DNA of 64,000 nt from Vicinamibacterales bacterium (GCA_965222265.1 CBDCTP010000003.1:819579-883578), one strand, 5' to 3'; shown: positions 1-9,561, counted from the stretch's first letter. Numbers and translations are program-made. The notes: generated by a model from the letters alone, not told the origin.

Positions 1-62
1 GCTCCGCGTCTGAGCCCCCGGCCGACCCGGCGCCCGCCGAGGCGGCAGTCGACCAGGGGTTC

Positions 63-674
63 GTGCCGGCCCAGGATGCTGCGTCGCAGGCTGCCCTCAC
101 TCCTGACGCCGCTCTCACGCTCCTTACCGACGGCAACGCGAGATTCGTCGCCGGGACTCCTGCCCGTCGCGACTACAGCGATCAGATTCGAGCGACCGCC
201 GCCGCGCAGTACCCGTTCGCTGTCGTGCTCGGGTGTATCGATTCTCGAGTCCCCATCGAGACGGTCTTCGATCAAGGGATCGGGGACATCTTTGCGGCCC
301 GGATCGCCGGCAACATCGTGAACACGGAAGTACTCGGCAGCATGGAATTCGCCTGTCGGCTAGCTGGGGCGAAGCTCGTGGTCGTCCTCGGACACACCTC
401 GTGCGGCGCCGTCAAGGGGGCCATCAGCAGCGCCCGGCTCGGCAATCTCACGCAGCTCGTGCAAAAGATCGAACCAGCCGTGGAGGCCATCGAAGGCGAG
501 CGCGATGTCGACAACGCCGGCTACGTCGACGGGGTTGCCGAAGAGCACGTGCGCATGGTGATGGCGGAGATTCGCCGGGAAAGCTCCGTACTGGCCACGA
601 TGGAGCAGGAACGAGAGATCCGAATCGTGGGTGGGATGTATGACGTCTCCACCGGCGTCGTGCGCTTCATCTGA
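63..674 (+). CDS. Beta-class carbonic anhydrase (N-terminus may extend beyond window edge)
   Basis: 203-aa ORF with beta-CA zinc-ligand motifs CIDSRVP and GHTSCGAV; the frame stays open upstream to position 3, so the GTG at 63 may not be the true start. Confidence 0.85.
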   Translation: MPAQDAASQAALTPDAALTLLTDGNARFVAGTPARRDYSDQIRATAAAQYPFAVVLGCIDSRVPIETVFDQGIGDIFAARIAGNIVNTEVLGSMEFACRLAGAKLVVVLGHTSCGAVKGAISSARLGNLTQLVQKIEPAVEAIEGERDVDNAGYVDGVAEEHVRMVMAEIRRESSVLATMEQEREIRIVGGMYDVSTGVVRFI

Positions 675-678
675 CCCC

Positions 679-1386
679 ATGCTGCGCGCGTTGATCGGCG
701 CCCTTGTTCTCGCCGGCGCGATGCTGTTGCCCGGTGCGGCCCTGGCGCAGACGCCGGTCGATAGGGACCAGCTCGGCGCCTGGTACATGCTGTACTGGTC
801 GACTCGCTTCGACGACACGTCGCTGGGATTACAGGGTGACGTGCAGCACCGCAACTGGAATCAGGGAACCGACCTGGAGCAGTTGCTGATCCGGGCTGGC
901 CTGACCTACGACCTGCCCGCATCCCCCGTGCTGGTAACGGGTGGTGTGGCGCACATCACCAGCGGCGCCTTCGGCGACAGCGACGAGACCAGCGCAGAGC
1001 GACGCCTGTATCAGGAGGCGTTGGTTCGCCAGGCTTTTGGACGGGTCGTTTTTCTGCGCCACCGCTACCGGTACGAACAGCGTTGGGTTGACGGCCAGGA
1101 CTTCCGGACACGGTTTCGCTACGCTCTGTTCGGCGATGTCGCGCTGAATGGACGAGGGACCGGAAACGGGTCCATTTACCTGGCGCTGTACAACGAAGTC
1201 TTCATAAACGGGGAGCTCGAAATCGGGCGCGGCAGGACCGTAGAGCGCTTCGACCGCAACCGGTTCTACACCGCACTTGGCTTCGGAGTCGGCAACCGGT
1301 CCCAAGTCCAGGCCGGCTACATGATCCAGACGGTACCAGGTGGCTCGAAGGGGCAGATCCAGGTCAGTCTCCACACATCCTTCTGA
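679..1386 (+). CDS. Secreted DUF2490-like protein (putative outer-membrane beta-barrel)
   Basis: ATG at 679 gives signal peptide MLRALIGALVLAGAMLLPGAALAQ; alternating aromatic/Arg pattern (RHRYRYEQRW, RFRYALF) recalled from DUF2490. Confidence 0.45.
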   Translation: MLRALIGALVLAGAMLLPGAALAQTPVDRDQLGAWYMLYWSTRFDDTSLGLQGDVQHRNWNQGTDLEQLLIRAGLTYDLPASPVLVTGGVAHITSGAFGDSDETSAERRLYQEALVRQAFGRVVFLRHRYRYEQRWVDGQDFRTRFRYALFGDVALNGRGTGNGSIYLALYNEVFINGELEIGRGRTVERFDRNRFYTALGFGVGNRSQVQAGYMIQTVPGGSKGQIQVSLHTSF

Positions 1387-1562
1387 AAAGAGCCGCACCC
1401 GGACTGTTGCCGTCAAGACGGGGCTACCGAGCGGGGTGTGGCGATCTGCCGTGGATCGTAATACCATCACCTCGTGAACGCCATCTCCGTCAAGCTGCCG
1501 TCCGAACTGCACGCCACGCTCTCCAGGTGTACCGCCCCCGGTTTCTTGGACACAAGTTTGGG

Positions 1563-2457
1563 CTACGCGGCTTGGCGTAGCTCGTATTCCTCGCGGGCCT
1601 CGAGTGGCGTGCGATAGGCCAGCTTTTCGAGGCGCCAGCAGCGGTTGTAGCGCTCGACGAACTCGGCGACGGCGGCGCGCACGTCGGCGAGATTTCGAAA
1701 CACCCGGCCGTAGACGGCTTGCTCCTTGAGCGTGCGATTCCAGCGCTCGACGACGCCGTTGGTCTCCGGCTCTTCGAGCAGGCCGAAGCTGGGGCGGATG
1801 CCCCAGTAACGGACCTGGTTGAGGAAGTGGTCCGACAGATACTGGCTGCCGTGGTCCATCCGCAGCGCCAGCCCGCGGGCCGCGTCGGCCTCGACCGAGC
1901 CGCAGCCGGAGCCCTTGCGCGACCGGCTCGAGGGCCGCGAAACGGTTCCCCACCTTGCACACGTGCCAGCCCACGCACTCGGCGTTCCAGTGGTCGACGG
2001 CAGCGAAGGTCCAGACCCAGCCGTCGTCGACGGTCAACACCCGCGCGCCGTCGGTACCCCACATGACGTCGGGCGCCGAGGTGACAATCGTGCCGTCGTG
2101 CCTCTTCGGCTCACCCTGCCGCCCGCGATGCGGCGAGAGCAGGCCCTGCACGCGCATCACGCGCAACACCCGCGTCCGCGAGACCCGGGTCCCGTCGAGG
2201 ATCCGCAGCCGCGCGTGGACCTTGCGATGGCCTTCGCCCTGGAACGGCGAGCGGGCCAGGTCGCTACGAATGGCCGCCAGCAGCTGCGCATCCGACAGCG
2301 CGGGCGTCGGCCCGCGGCGGCGAGGGCCAGCAGCCCGCGCTGGGCGCTGCAAACGAGCCCGCCTGGCGTAGAGCGCCGAGCGCGACCGCTCCCACGTTCG
2401 ACACACCCGCTCGAGACCGTAGCGCCGCCCTGTCGTCGCGGAGGTCGTTTGGCTCAT
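1563..2457 (-). pseudogene. IS3-family transposase OrfB (rve integrase), frameshifted
   Basis: N-part MSQTTSATTGRRYGLERVCR...AVDHWNAECVGWHV runs in the frame of ORF 829..2457. The C-part (VEADAARGLALR)MDHGSQYLSDHF...NGVVERWNRTLK resumes in the frame of 1563..1859. The frame switch is near 1898-1905. Confidence 0.75.
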
Positions 2458-2891
2458 CGTCGCGACCTCCGCGTCGCCAAAGGGAGGCGACGCTCCGCTG
2501 CGCGGGCACGCGACCGCAACAGCTCGTTCTCCATCGACAGCTCCCCGATGTGCCGCTTGGCCGCATCCAGCTCCGCGGCCAGCGGCTCACCGGCCTGCTC
2601 CTTCAGACTCAGCTCGAAACCAGCCAGCGCCCGGGCCTTCCACCTCTCCAGCCGATAGACCTCCACGCCGACTTCACGCGAGACCGCATCGAGCGACTCG
2701 CCACGCAGCAGCCGCAACACCACGTCCCGTTTCCGGCTCGCGCTCCACCGTTGCCCCGGCGCCAAGGCCCCCGACCCCATCGCCGCCGCGTCGGCGCCGA
2801 CTCCGGTCGCCCTCCGGGCTCCCTCCGTCGGCACCGACCCAGCTCCCTTCACCCGCCTCGACCGAACCATACCCCCACCTCCTGGTGACAT
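2454..2891 (-). CDS. IS3-family transposase OrfA (HTH); true start possibly internal (about 2780)
   Basis: WSASRKRDVVLRLLRGESLDAVSREVGVEVYRLERW plus a coiled-coil tail; stop overlaps the orfB ATG (ATGA). Confidence 0.7.
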   Translation of the reverse strand: MSPGGGGMVRSRRVKGAGSVPTEGARRATGVGADAAAMGSGALAPGQRWSASRKRDVVLRLLRGESLDAVSREVGVEVYRLERWKARALAGFELSLKEQAGEPLAAELDAAKRHIGELSMENELLRSRARAAERRLPLATRRSRR

Positions 2892-2944
2892 CGGATTCTC
2901 CCGTAATCCGTGTCCAAGAAAACTGGGGGCGCCCCACTGGACGG

Positions 2945-3382
2945 TCAGGTCGCTGTGTCGTCGCGGCTGCCGGCGGCAATCCGGACGAAGTCGCCCTCGG
3001 TGAGAATGCCGACGAGCGTTCCCTGCTCGACCACTGGGAGACAGCCGATCTTGCGCTCGGACATGACGCGCGCCGCTTCGGCGAGCGTCGTATCCGGTGT
3101 GGTGGTGATGACGGGCTCCGTCATGACCTCCTTGACGACGACGGAGGACAGCACGTGATCGCGCGCGCGGGAGCCGTATCCGAGCGCCCGCAGCAGAGCG
3201 CTCTGAAAGAGGTCCCGCTGGCTGACGATGCCGGCCAGCCGCCCGTCCTCGTCGAGCACCGGCAGGTGGCGGCAGCGTACGGTGCGCATCAGGTCATCGG
3301 CGACCTGCAGTCGGTCATTGCGGCCGAGGGTTCTCGGCTCGCGGCTCATCACGTCTCCGACGAGCAGGAACCCGGGTCTCAC
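2945..3382 (-). CDS. CBS-pair domain protein
   Basis: Two CBS repeats (HLPVLDEDGRLAGIVSQRDL; IGCLPVVEQGTLVGILTEGDF), 145 aa. Confidence 0.85.
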   Translation of the reverse strand: MRPGFLLVGDVMSREPRTLGRNDRLQVADDLMRTVRCRHLPVLDEDGRLAGIVSQRDLFQSALLRALGYGSRARDHVLSSVVVKEVMTEPVITTTPDTTLAEAARVMSERKIGCLPVVEQGTLVGILTEGDFVRIAAGSRDDTAT

Positions 3383-3567
3383 TGGTCACTTCCCAGGTGA
3401 CCCACGAGGCCCCAGACAAACAACCCGACCCCGACCAGCCCGACGACAAGGCCGACCGGCAGCATGATCATCGTCACCCCCAGTCCGAGGCCGACGACCA
3501 TCAAGATGAACCCGACAACCACGGCCGCCACGTGGCTGAGAACCTGTTCGATCTTCCCACGCAACAT
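3379..3567 (-). CDS. Small two-TM membrane protein
   Basis: 62-aa hydrophobic ORF; stop overlaps the CBS start by 4 nt, and it lies downstream of the response regulator on the same strand. Confidence 0.45.
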   Translation of the reverse strand: MLRGKIEQVLSHVAAVVVGFILMVVGLGLGVTMIMLPVGLVVGLVGVGLFVWGLVGHLGSDQ

Positions 3568-3642
3568 TTTTCCCCCTTTTCGCCGTACGCCTACGAGGCG
3601 TTCTGCGTCACCGCGGCGATCGATTCGGCTGTTGGGCCGGAT

Positions 3643-4998
3643 CTACTTCGTCAGCGCGAACTTCTTGATCCGATAGCGGATCTGGTCCCGATTGAGCCCA
3701 AGCAACGTGGCGGCGCGGCTCTGATTCCAGCCGGTTCTCTCCAGAGCCTGTACGACCAGGTCACGCTCGATGGCGTCCAGATTCGTTCCCGCCGGCGGCA
3801 GAGTCAGGCCGGTCGGGAATCCGTCCCGGGGGCGGAGCATCAGGAAGTCCCCCTCGGCCAGCCCACTGCCCTCGCTCAGCAACACGGCGCGTTCGACCAC
3901 GTTCCGCAACTCGCGCACGTTGCCAGGCCACGCATGACGCCGCAGCGCCTCGATTGCCTCGGGAGCGACATACTGGACTCGCTTCCGGAACTCGCGGTTG
4001 AATCCATCGACGAAGAAGCGGACGAGTACCGGGATGTCGTCGGCTCGGTCGCGCAGCGGCGGCAGCTTCACGGGTAGCACGTTGAGACGATAGAAGAGAT
4101 CCTCCCGGAACGTGCGGCCGCGCGCCTTGTCATCCAGGTTCTGGTTGGTCGCCGCGATGATGCGCACGTCGACGCCGATGTCGGCGGCGCCGCCGACGCG
4201 CTTGAAGGTCTTCTCCTCGAGGAACCGCAGGAGCTTGGACTGCAGCGGCAGCGCCATTTCTCCGATCTCGTCCAGAAACACGGTCCCGCCGTCGGCCGAC
4301 TCCAGCAGGCCGCGCTTCTGCTGCTTCGCGTCCGTGAAGGCCCCCCGCTCATGACCGAAGAGCTCGCTCTCGAGCAAGGTCTCGGTCAGCGCCGAGCAGG
4401 TGATGTTCATGAATGGACGCGCCGCTCGCGTGCTCGTGTAGTGAATCACCTTCGCGGCCAGGTCCTTCCCCGTGCCGCTCTCGCCGGTGAGGAGCACGGT
4501 CGAGGCCGGGCTCGATGCGATCTTGCCGAGCAGCGTCTTGACCCGCGTGATGGCCGGCGAGTCGCCGATGATGCGGTCGAGGCTGTACGGTTCCCTCTGG
4601 CTCGCGCGGATCGCCCGCAGCTCCCGCCGCAGCCGCGTCGTCTCGAGCGCCTTGCCGACCAGCAGCGCGATCTCGTCCAGATTGAACGGCTTCGTGACGT
4701 AGTGGTAGGCCCCCTGCTTCATGACGGCAACGGCCGTCTCGACGTCGGAGTACGCCGTGAGCACAATAACGAGGACATCGGGGTCCCGGCGACGCAGGGC
4801 TTCCAGGATGTGGAGGCCGTCCGTGTCGCCGAGACGATAGTCGAGAAGCACAAGGTCGATCGTGTCGTCGAACCGCGCGAGCGTCTGCCGGCCCGAGACC
4901 GCTTCGATCGTTCCGTACCCCTCGGCCGACAGGCGCTCGGCGAGAGACCAGCGGATCAATCGCTCGTCGTCGGCGATGAGGATCGTCGCCTTGCTCAT
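3643..4998 (-). CDS. Sigma-54-dependent response regulator (NtrC family: REC-AAA+-Fis HTH)
   Basis: REC domain (ILIADDE...[11 protein letters not shown]), Walker [15 protein letters not shown]-type loop ERGAFTDA, C-terminal [26 protein letters not shown]. Confidence 0.9.
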   Translation of the reverse strand: MSKATILIADDERLIRWSLAERLSAEGYGTIEAVSGRQTLARFDDTIDLVLLDYRLGDTDGLHILEALRRRDPDVLVIVLTAYSDVETAVAVMKQGAYHYVTKPFNLDEIALLVGKALETTRLRRELRAIRASQREPYSLDRIIGDSPAITRVKTLLGKIASSPASTVLLTGESGTGKDLAAKVIHYTSTRAARPFMNITCSALTETLLESELFGHERGAFTDAKQQKRGLLESADGGTVFLDEIGEMALPLQSKLLRFLEEKTFKRVGGAADIGVDVRIIAATNQNLDDKARGRTFREDLFYRLNVLPVKLPPLRDRADDIPVLVRFFVDGFNREFRKRVQYVAPEAIEALRRHAWPGNVRELRNVVERAVLLSEGSGLAEGDFLMLRPRDGFPTGLTLPPAGTNLDAIERDLVVQALERTGWNQSRAATLLGLNRDQIRYRIKKFALTK

Positions 4999-5298
4999 GG
5001 CTGGCGGATTGTGAACGAGGTCAGTGCACGATCCGATCCGCCCTCGATCGCGCAGAAAGCCGTATGCCGCAGGGTAGCAGGGATGGATCCGGACGCGGTG
5101 GCGCTACACCGACGTTGCGGCTAGCATGAGGCGCAGGCCGATGTGGAACCGCTTGGCAGTCCGCCCCGGGATGACGAATCCGTGAGTCACGTCGCTGGAC
5201 GCGTGCCGCCGATCTTCGTGGCCGTCGAGCTCCCGACGACTACCTCGACGTATCCAGACGATGCTGCTGGCGGTCGGCCCCGACAACTGAGCCCGGCA

Positions 5299-5337
5299 GT
5301 GCGGACTCTTTCCCATCTCGCCGGGAAAAGTCCGCAC
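5299..5337. promoter_or_regulatory. Inverted repeat, candidate enhancer (UAS) for the sigma-54 activator
   Basis: GTGCGGACTCTTTCCC (5299-5314) and GGGAAAAGTCCGCAC (5323-5337) are near-perfect reverse complements, about 75-115 bp upstream of the -24/-12 element. Confidence 0.35.
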
Positions 5338-5412
5338 GCCGTTCCCGGAGGCGGGCCGCCTGCAGATGCCGCCAAGCGCCCGCGCCCGACCGGGATCAGC
5401 CGCGCCGGGCCA

Positions 5413-5428
5413 TGGCACGCACCTTGCT
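5413..5428 (+). promoter_or_regulatory. Sigma-54 (-24/-12) promoter
   Basis: TGGCACGCACCTTGCT fits TGGCACG-N4-TTGCW; it lies 41 nt upstream of the ATG at 5469, which is preceded by GAGGAG. Confidence 0.55.
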
Positions 5429-5468
5429 CACTCCCCCCGGTCAAACCTTGCAACCAGCCGAGGAGACC

Positions 5469-6248
5469 ATGGTCCCAACGACAGTGAGGCGTCTACCGTC
5501 GATCATGACCGCGCTGGCCACCCTTGGACTCCTGGGGACGCCGGCGGCGCTCGCACAGCTCGACCGGAGTCGATGCGCCGATTGCCACCTCGCCAATCCC
5601 TACACCGAGCCGGCGCAGGGGCATCTGCACCGCTGGAGCCTTTCGCCGCACGAGCGCGCCGGCGTGGGCTGCGACAGTTGTCACGGGGGCGATCCCAGCA
5701 CGTTCGAGTCATTCCAGGCGCATCGCGGCGTGCTGAGCCGCTTCAATCCCTCCAGCCCCGTGCATCGCTCGCGGCTGCCCGCCACGTGCGGCGCCTGCCA
5801 TTCGGGTCCGTACGTCAACTTCCAGGCCAGCCGGCCCCACGAGCTGCTGAGCGAGGGCGACCGCCGTGTGCCGACCTGCTCGACGTGCCACGGCAGCGTG
5901 GACGGGCGGCTGCTGTCGCCGCAGGCACTCGAGCGCCGCTGCGCGGAGTGCCACGGACCCGACGGCATAGAGCCCCGCCCCGGCCGTGCCGCCGACGCGC
6001 GTCTTCTCCTGGAAGGCATCGCCGACGTGCGGGAGTCGCTCGAGGCTGCCCGGCGGCTGATCGAGCGTGTCCGCGACGTCGATCGCCGGCGGGCGCTCGA
6101 AGGGGCGTATCTGGAGGCCGAATTCCCCGTGATCGAGGCGCGGCGCGCCGGTCACCGCTTCGTGTTCGACCGCCTCGAGGAACGTCTGGCCGCGGCCCAG
6201 GAGCGCACCGCGGCACTGTTGAGCGAGTTGGTGAACCCCGCGCCGTAG
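5469..6248 (+). CDS. Secreted pentaheme c-type cytochrome
   Basis: Five CxxCH motifs (CADCH, CDSCH, CGACH, CSTCH, CAECH); signal peptide after the ATG at 5469. Confidence 0.8.
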   Translation: MVPTTVRRLPSIMTALATLGLLGTPAALAQLDRSRCADCHLANPYTEPAQGHLHRWSLSPHERAGVGCDSCHGGDPSTFESFQAHRGVLSRFNPSSPVHRSRLPATCGACHSGPYVNFQASRPHELLSEGDRRVPTCSTCHGSVDGRLLSPQALERRCAECHGPDGIEPRPGRAADARLLLEGIADVRESLEAARRLIERVRDVDRRRALEGAYLEAEFPVIEARRAGHRFVFDRLEERLAAAQERTAALLSELVNPAP

Positions 6249-6329
6249 CGCTCCGGGGCACCACCGAACAGCGAACTGTTCCGGGGTTTCCGGGACTCCG
6301 TGCCACAGCTCGTGGTGGAGACCGCCAAG

Positions 6330-6812
6330 ATGACTCTGACGCGAATCCTTCTGCCGACCGACTTCAGCGACACCGCCCAGTACGCGCTCGACTACGCGCG
6401 CGAGTTGGCCGGGCGGTTCGACGCCACCGTACACCTGCTGCACGTCGTGCCCGATCCGCTGCAGACCTTGGCTGTCGAGGCGGCACCCGTCGTTTCAGAT
6501 CTGGCCGCGAGTTGGACGGCCGATGCCGAGCGCCGTCTTGAAGAGGTGCGACTCGAGGGGCCCCGCACCGTGCGGGCGGTGCGGGTCGGCCATGCGTTCG
6601 TCGAGATCCTCCGGTACGCCGCCGACAACGCCATCGACCTGATCGTGATGGGAACGCATGGGCGCGGCCCGGTGGAGCACCTGCTCCTCGGCAGCGTTGC
6701 CGAGAAGGTGGTGCGCAAGGCTTCGTGCCCGGTGCTCACAGTCAAGCAGGCCGGGCACGTGTTCGTCATGCCGGGGGTGCCGGCGCCGTCCGCGCCCGAG
6801 CCTGCAACGTAG
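6330..6812 (+). CDS. Universal stress protein (UspA family)
   Basis: MTLTRILLPTDFSD...LIVMGTHGRGPVEHLLLGSVAEKVVRKASCPVLTV. Confidence 0.85.
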   Translation: MTLTRILLPTDFSDTAQYALDYARELAGRFDATVHLLHVVPDPLQTLAVEAAPVVSDLAASWTADAERRLEEVRLEGPRTVRAVRVGHAFVEILRYAADNAIDLIVMGTHGRGPVEHLLLGSVAEKVVRKASCPVLTVKQAGHVFVMPGVPAPSAPEPAT

Positions 6813-6836
6813 CGCGAGCGTGGGCGGCCGCCCCCT

Positions 6837-7424
6837 TCATCCTGCTCCGTTCTGGATGAACAGGGCGATCCCGGCGCCGGTGGCGTACGCGACGACGGCC
6901 ACCAGCACCCCCAGTCCGAGCATTTCGAAACCGCTGATCCACCAACGGCTGGCAGTCACCAGCGAGCGCGCGGCGCCCACGGCGAACAGCGCACCGAACG
7001 CCAAGCAGGCTGCCGGGATGAACTCGTCGCCTGCGCCGGGAACCAGGTACGGGACGAGCGGCACGGATCCGGCAACGACGAAAGCCAGAACCGTCGCCAA
7101 GCCGTGTCGTGCCGGCTGGGCTTCTTCTTCGGGCCGTCCCTGTCGCTCGAGCGCGCTCTCGCGTGCGCGAATCCCGAGGTAGTTTCCTACTCCCATCGAG
7201 AGCCCGTCGGCGACCAGATTGGCCATGCCGACGACGATGACCGTGGCCGAGGACAAGGCGCCTCCCGTCACGCCGGCGACGACGGCGAACGTCGTCAGAA
7301 TGCCATCGTTCGCGCCGTAGACGAGGTCGCCCACGTAGTGTTGCGCGGTCTCGTAGAGGCCGTCGGGTGCGACGTGCTGGGACGGACGCCCGGGACGCGG
7401 CAATCCTGGTGCCGGGGCGCTCAT
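6837..7424 (-). CDS. VIT1/CCC1-family iron/manganese transporter
   Basis: VYGANDGILTTFAVVAGV motif followed by multiple TM helices. Confidence 0.75.
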   Translation of the reverse strand: MSAPAPGLPRPGRPSQHVAPDGLYETAQHYVGDLVYGANDGILTTFAVVAGVTGGALSSATVIVVGMANLVADGLSMGVGNYLGIRARESALERQGRPEEEAQPARHGLATVLAFVVAGSVPLVPYLVPGAGDEFIPAACLAFGALFAVGAARSLVTASRWWISGFEMLGLGVLVAVVAYATGAGIALFIQNGAG

Positions 7425-7436
7425 TCTTCCGCCTCC

Positions 7437-7868
7437 CTATGTCGCGGACCCGCCGCGCACGGTCATTACCGGACATGGCGCCGCGCGGACGACTCTCTCC
7501 GCCACGCTTCCGAGCACCAAGTGCTCGATGCGGCCATAGCCGTGCGTGCCCATCACGATCAGGTCGATGTCGTGCGTCTTCGCGTACCCGAGGATCTCGT
7601 CGTGAGGCTGACCGATCCGCGTGATCATGCGTTCGCCGCTCTCAGCCACCAGCAGCCCGTCGAGACGGTCCCGGGCTGCCCGCTCGATCTCGTCGGCGAG
7701 ACTGCGAAAACGGTCTGCATCGGTTCCCCACACATCGCGCGTGTCGCGGACGACGTGCAGCAGAAACAGCGCCGCTTTGTACTTGTTGGCCAGGACCCGG
7801 GCGCAAGCGAGCGCCCGGGTCGACGGTTCGCTGAAATCGATGGGAGCCAGTATGTTCCTGAACACCAT
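7437..7868 (-). CDS. Universal stress protein (UspA family)
   Basis: MVFRNILAPIDFSE...LIVMGTHGYGRIEHLVLGSVAERVVRAAPCPVMTV; start moved to the internal ATG at 7868. Confidence 0.85.
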   Translation of the reverse strand: MVFRNILAPIDFSEPSTRALACARVLANKYKAALFLLHVVRDTRDVWGTDADRFRSLADEIERAARDRLDGLLVAESGERMITRIGQPHDEILGYAKTHDIDLIVMGTHGYGRIEHLVLGSVAERVVRAAPCPVMTVRGGSAT

Positions 7869-7896
7869 CTGCGCACGCCTTCCACGTCGGTCGTCG

Positions 7897-8331
7897 TCAT
7901 CTCCGGGGCAGCGGGCCCCCGGGGACCTCGGCGGTAGCGGCCATGTCCTGTCCAATGAGGTAGGTGTGACAGGTGACGCATCCCGACACCAGTTCCGAGA
8001 ACGCGGCCGCGATTCCGTCGCCACTGCCGATTCGCGCCTCTGCCATCAGCTCGTCCGCGGCGTCCTGGAAGTCCAGGGCGTGGAGGAGGTATTCACTACT
8101 TTCGAGGCTCGTCCACGTCGAGGCGTCGCTCAGAAGCCGAAGCTCGTTGGCGTAGTGTTCGACGGTGACGTGGCGCTGAAGCACAACGGCTTCGAGCAGA
8201 CGCTGCGTGCGGTCCAGCTTTTCCTGCATCACGACGTCGAGCGGCGGTAGCTGGCCGGAGCTCGGGGTTGCGGCTGCCAGGAGCAGCGCGACGCCGGCGA
8301 GAGCGAGGGAACCACGAGAGAATGAGTTCAT
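7897..8331 (-). CDS. Cytochrome c'-like (class II, four-helix bundle) cytochrome
   Basis: Signal peptide and a single CxxCH (CVTCH) close to the C-terminus; size about 140 aa. Confidence 0.55.
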   Translation of the reverse strand: MNSFSRGSLALAGVALLLAAATPSSGQLPPLDVVMQEKLDRTQRLLEAVVLQRHVTVEHYANELRLLSDASTWTSLESSEYLLHALDFQDAADELMAEARIGSGDGIAAAFSELVSGCVTCHTYLIGQDMAATAEVPGGPLPRR

Positions 8332-8433
8332 GTCCTTGTCTCCTTGAGCGCACGTCGTCTCGGTGCACGCCTTCGCGACGCGTCGGCGGCGGCGGGGGGG
8401 ACGGCGGGCGACGACTTCGCACGGCCAGCGAGC

Positions 8434-8925
8434 TCAGCCGCCCGGCTCGTCGGCCTGTTGTCCGGCATGGAACTCGGCGTAGACGTACACTGGGATCGTC
8501 AGGTCTCCGAGGCGCTCCTCGATCACCGGCCGTACATCCTCCCAGCGCAGCCCGCCTACGCCGGTGGCGAGTCTGGGCAGGGCGAGAGAGCTGAAGCGCT
8601 CGCGCTCGACGACGTGTGCGAGGGTGCGCAACGCGTGGCGGACGTTCGTGATCGTGGCGCGCCCCGGGCGGCCGCCGTGGCCATACCCGCCTTCCTGGGT
8701 GATCAGATTGACAACCCGCACGCCGCCGGGCCCGCCCCACATCCAGGCTTCGCCCGGTTTCGGGTGCGTCTGATCGCACCAGTGATGGTAGTCCTTGTGC
8801 ATCGCCGGGTACTTCTCATGCAGCGATCGCGCCAGCCCCTGGTTCATGGGGTCCTTGGGCGCAACGCCATGGGCCACCGCTTGAGCGCGACTCAGGAGAA
8901 CGTCTCCCGACACGTAGTGGATCAC
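8434..8925 (-). CDS. Macro-domain (ADP-ribose binding/hydrolase-like) protein
   Basis: 163 aa; pattern GDVLLSRAQAVAHGV...LALPRLATGVGGL resembles standalone macro/TARG1-like domains. Confidence 0.65.
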   Translation of the reverse strand: MIHYVSGDVLLSRAQAVAHGVAPKDPMNQGLARSLHEKYPAMHKDYHHWCDQTHPKPGEAWMWGGPGGVRVVNLITQEGGYGHGGRPGRATITNVRHALRTLAHVVERERFSSLALPRLATGVGGLRWEDVRPVIEERLGDLTIPVYVYAEFHAGQQADEPGG

Positions 8926-8980
8926 GAGCTGGTCACCTCCTCCTCCCCGAGGGGATAGGCGTTCCCGAAACCAACCAGCC

Positions 8981-9472
8981 TCAGCGTGAGGATCGCACCC
9001 TGTCCAGGTAGGCCAGGATGTTCGCGAATTGACGTACCGTCATGACGTCGCTGAAGTCGCCCATCGGCGAGAGCACACCCTCCACCTGCGCCCTCGCGTC
9101 CGCACCGGTCCGCACGCTCATCGCATGCGAGGGCGCGATGATCGCCGTCGCAAGCTGGCCGAACGGTTGCGCTGCCAGGGCCGGTCCCAGGTCAGGGCCG
9201 GGCGCGTTCGATATCGGCGCCGGCCAATCCGTTTCGCCGGCTACCCGATGACACGCGGTGCAGCGCAGGTCCATGAACCCCTGCCGTCCCGCATCCGGGT
9301 TCCCACGTGGGAGCGTCAGTTCTACGACGACGTACTCCGCAGGTGAGGCCGGCGACTGTGGCTCGCTCCCGTTCTCGCCGACCGCGGCGGATGTCGGCCT
9401 GTCGGCGATCCACGCGGCGGCTAGTGCCACGGCTGCCACAATCGGGGCCGCACGAAATGACGTTGTTGCCAT
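8981..9472 (-). CDS. Monoheme class I c-type cytochrome
   Basis: Membrane anchor/signal, single CTACH, downstream Met candidates (SHAMS, SPMGDF). Confidence 0.6.
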   Translation of the reverse strand: MATTSFRAAPIVAAVALAAAWIADRPTSAAVGENGSEPQSPASPAEYVVVELTLPRGNPDAGRQGFMDLRCTACHRVAGETDWPAPISNAPGPDLGPALAAQPFGQLATAIIAPSHAMSVRTGADARAQVEGVLSPMGDFSDVMTVRQFANILAYLDRVRSSR

Positions 9473-9561
9473 ACTGAACCTCGAGTCGGCCGCCGTCAGG
9501 CGGCGGGTTGCAAGGATGAGCCGCATCGGCGCGGCAGGATCGCCCCCAATTCAAGACACGA

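Larger units (their letters stand above)
1522..2941 (-). mobile_element. IS3-family insertion sequence
   Basis: Imperfect ~30-bp terminal inverted repeats 1522-1553 and 2910-2941 (core CCCCCGGTTTCTTGGACAC vs revcomp CCCCCAGTTTTCTTGGACAC) enclosing orfA/orfB; no clean target duplication found. Confidence 0.65.

Noticed and set aside
829-2457. 542-aa ORF spanning from the IS3 transposase into the DUF2490-like gene region
   Set aside because: Only the first ~185 codons match an IS3 OrfB. After the frameshift near 1900 it is Arg/Pro/Gly-rich read-through that runs antisense across the IS end and the neighbouring gene.
5366-6541. 391-aa ORF overlapping the pentaheme cytochrome and USP genes
   Set aside because: It is an alternative frame of genes with clear motifs. 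Its composition is dominated by Arg/Pro/Ala/Gly, as expected for off-frame translation of high-GC DNA.
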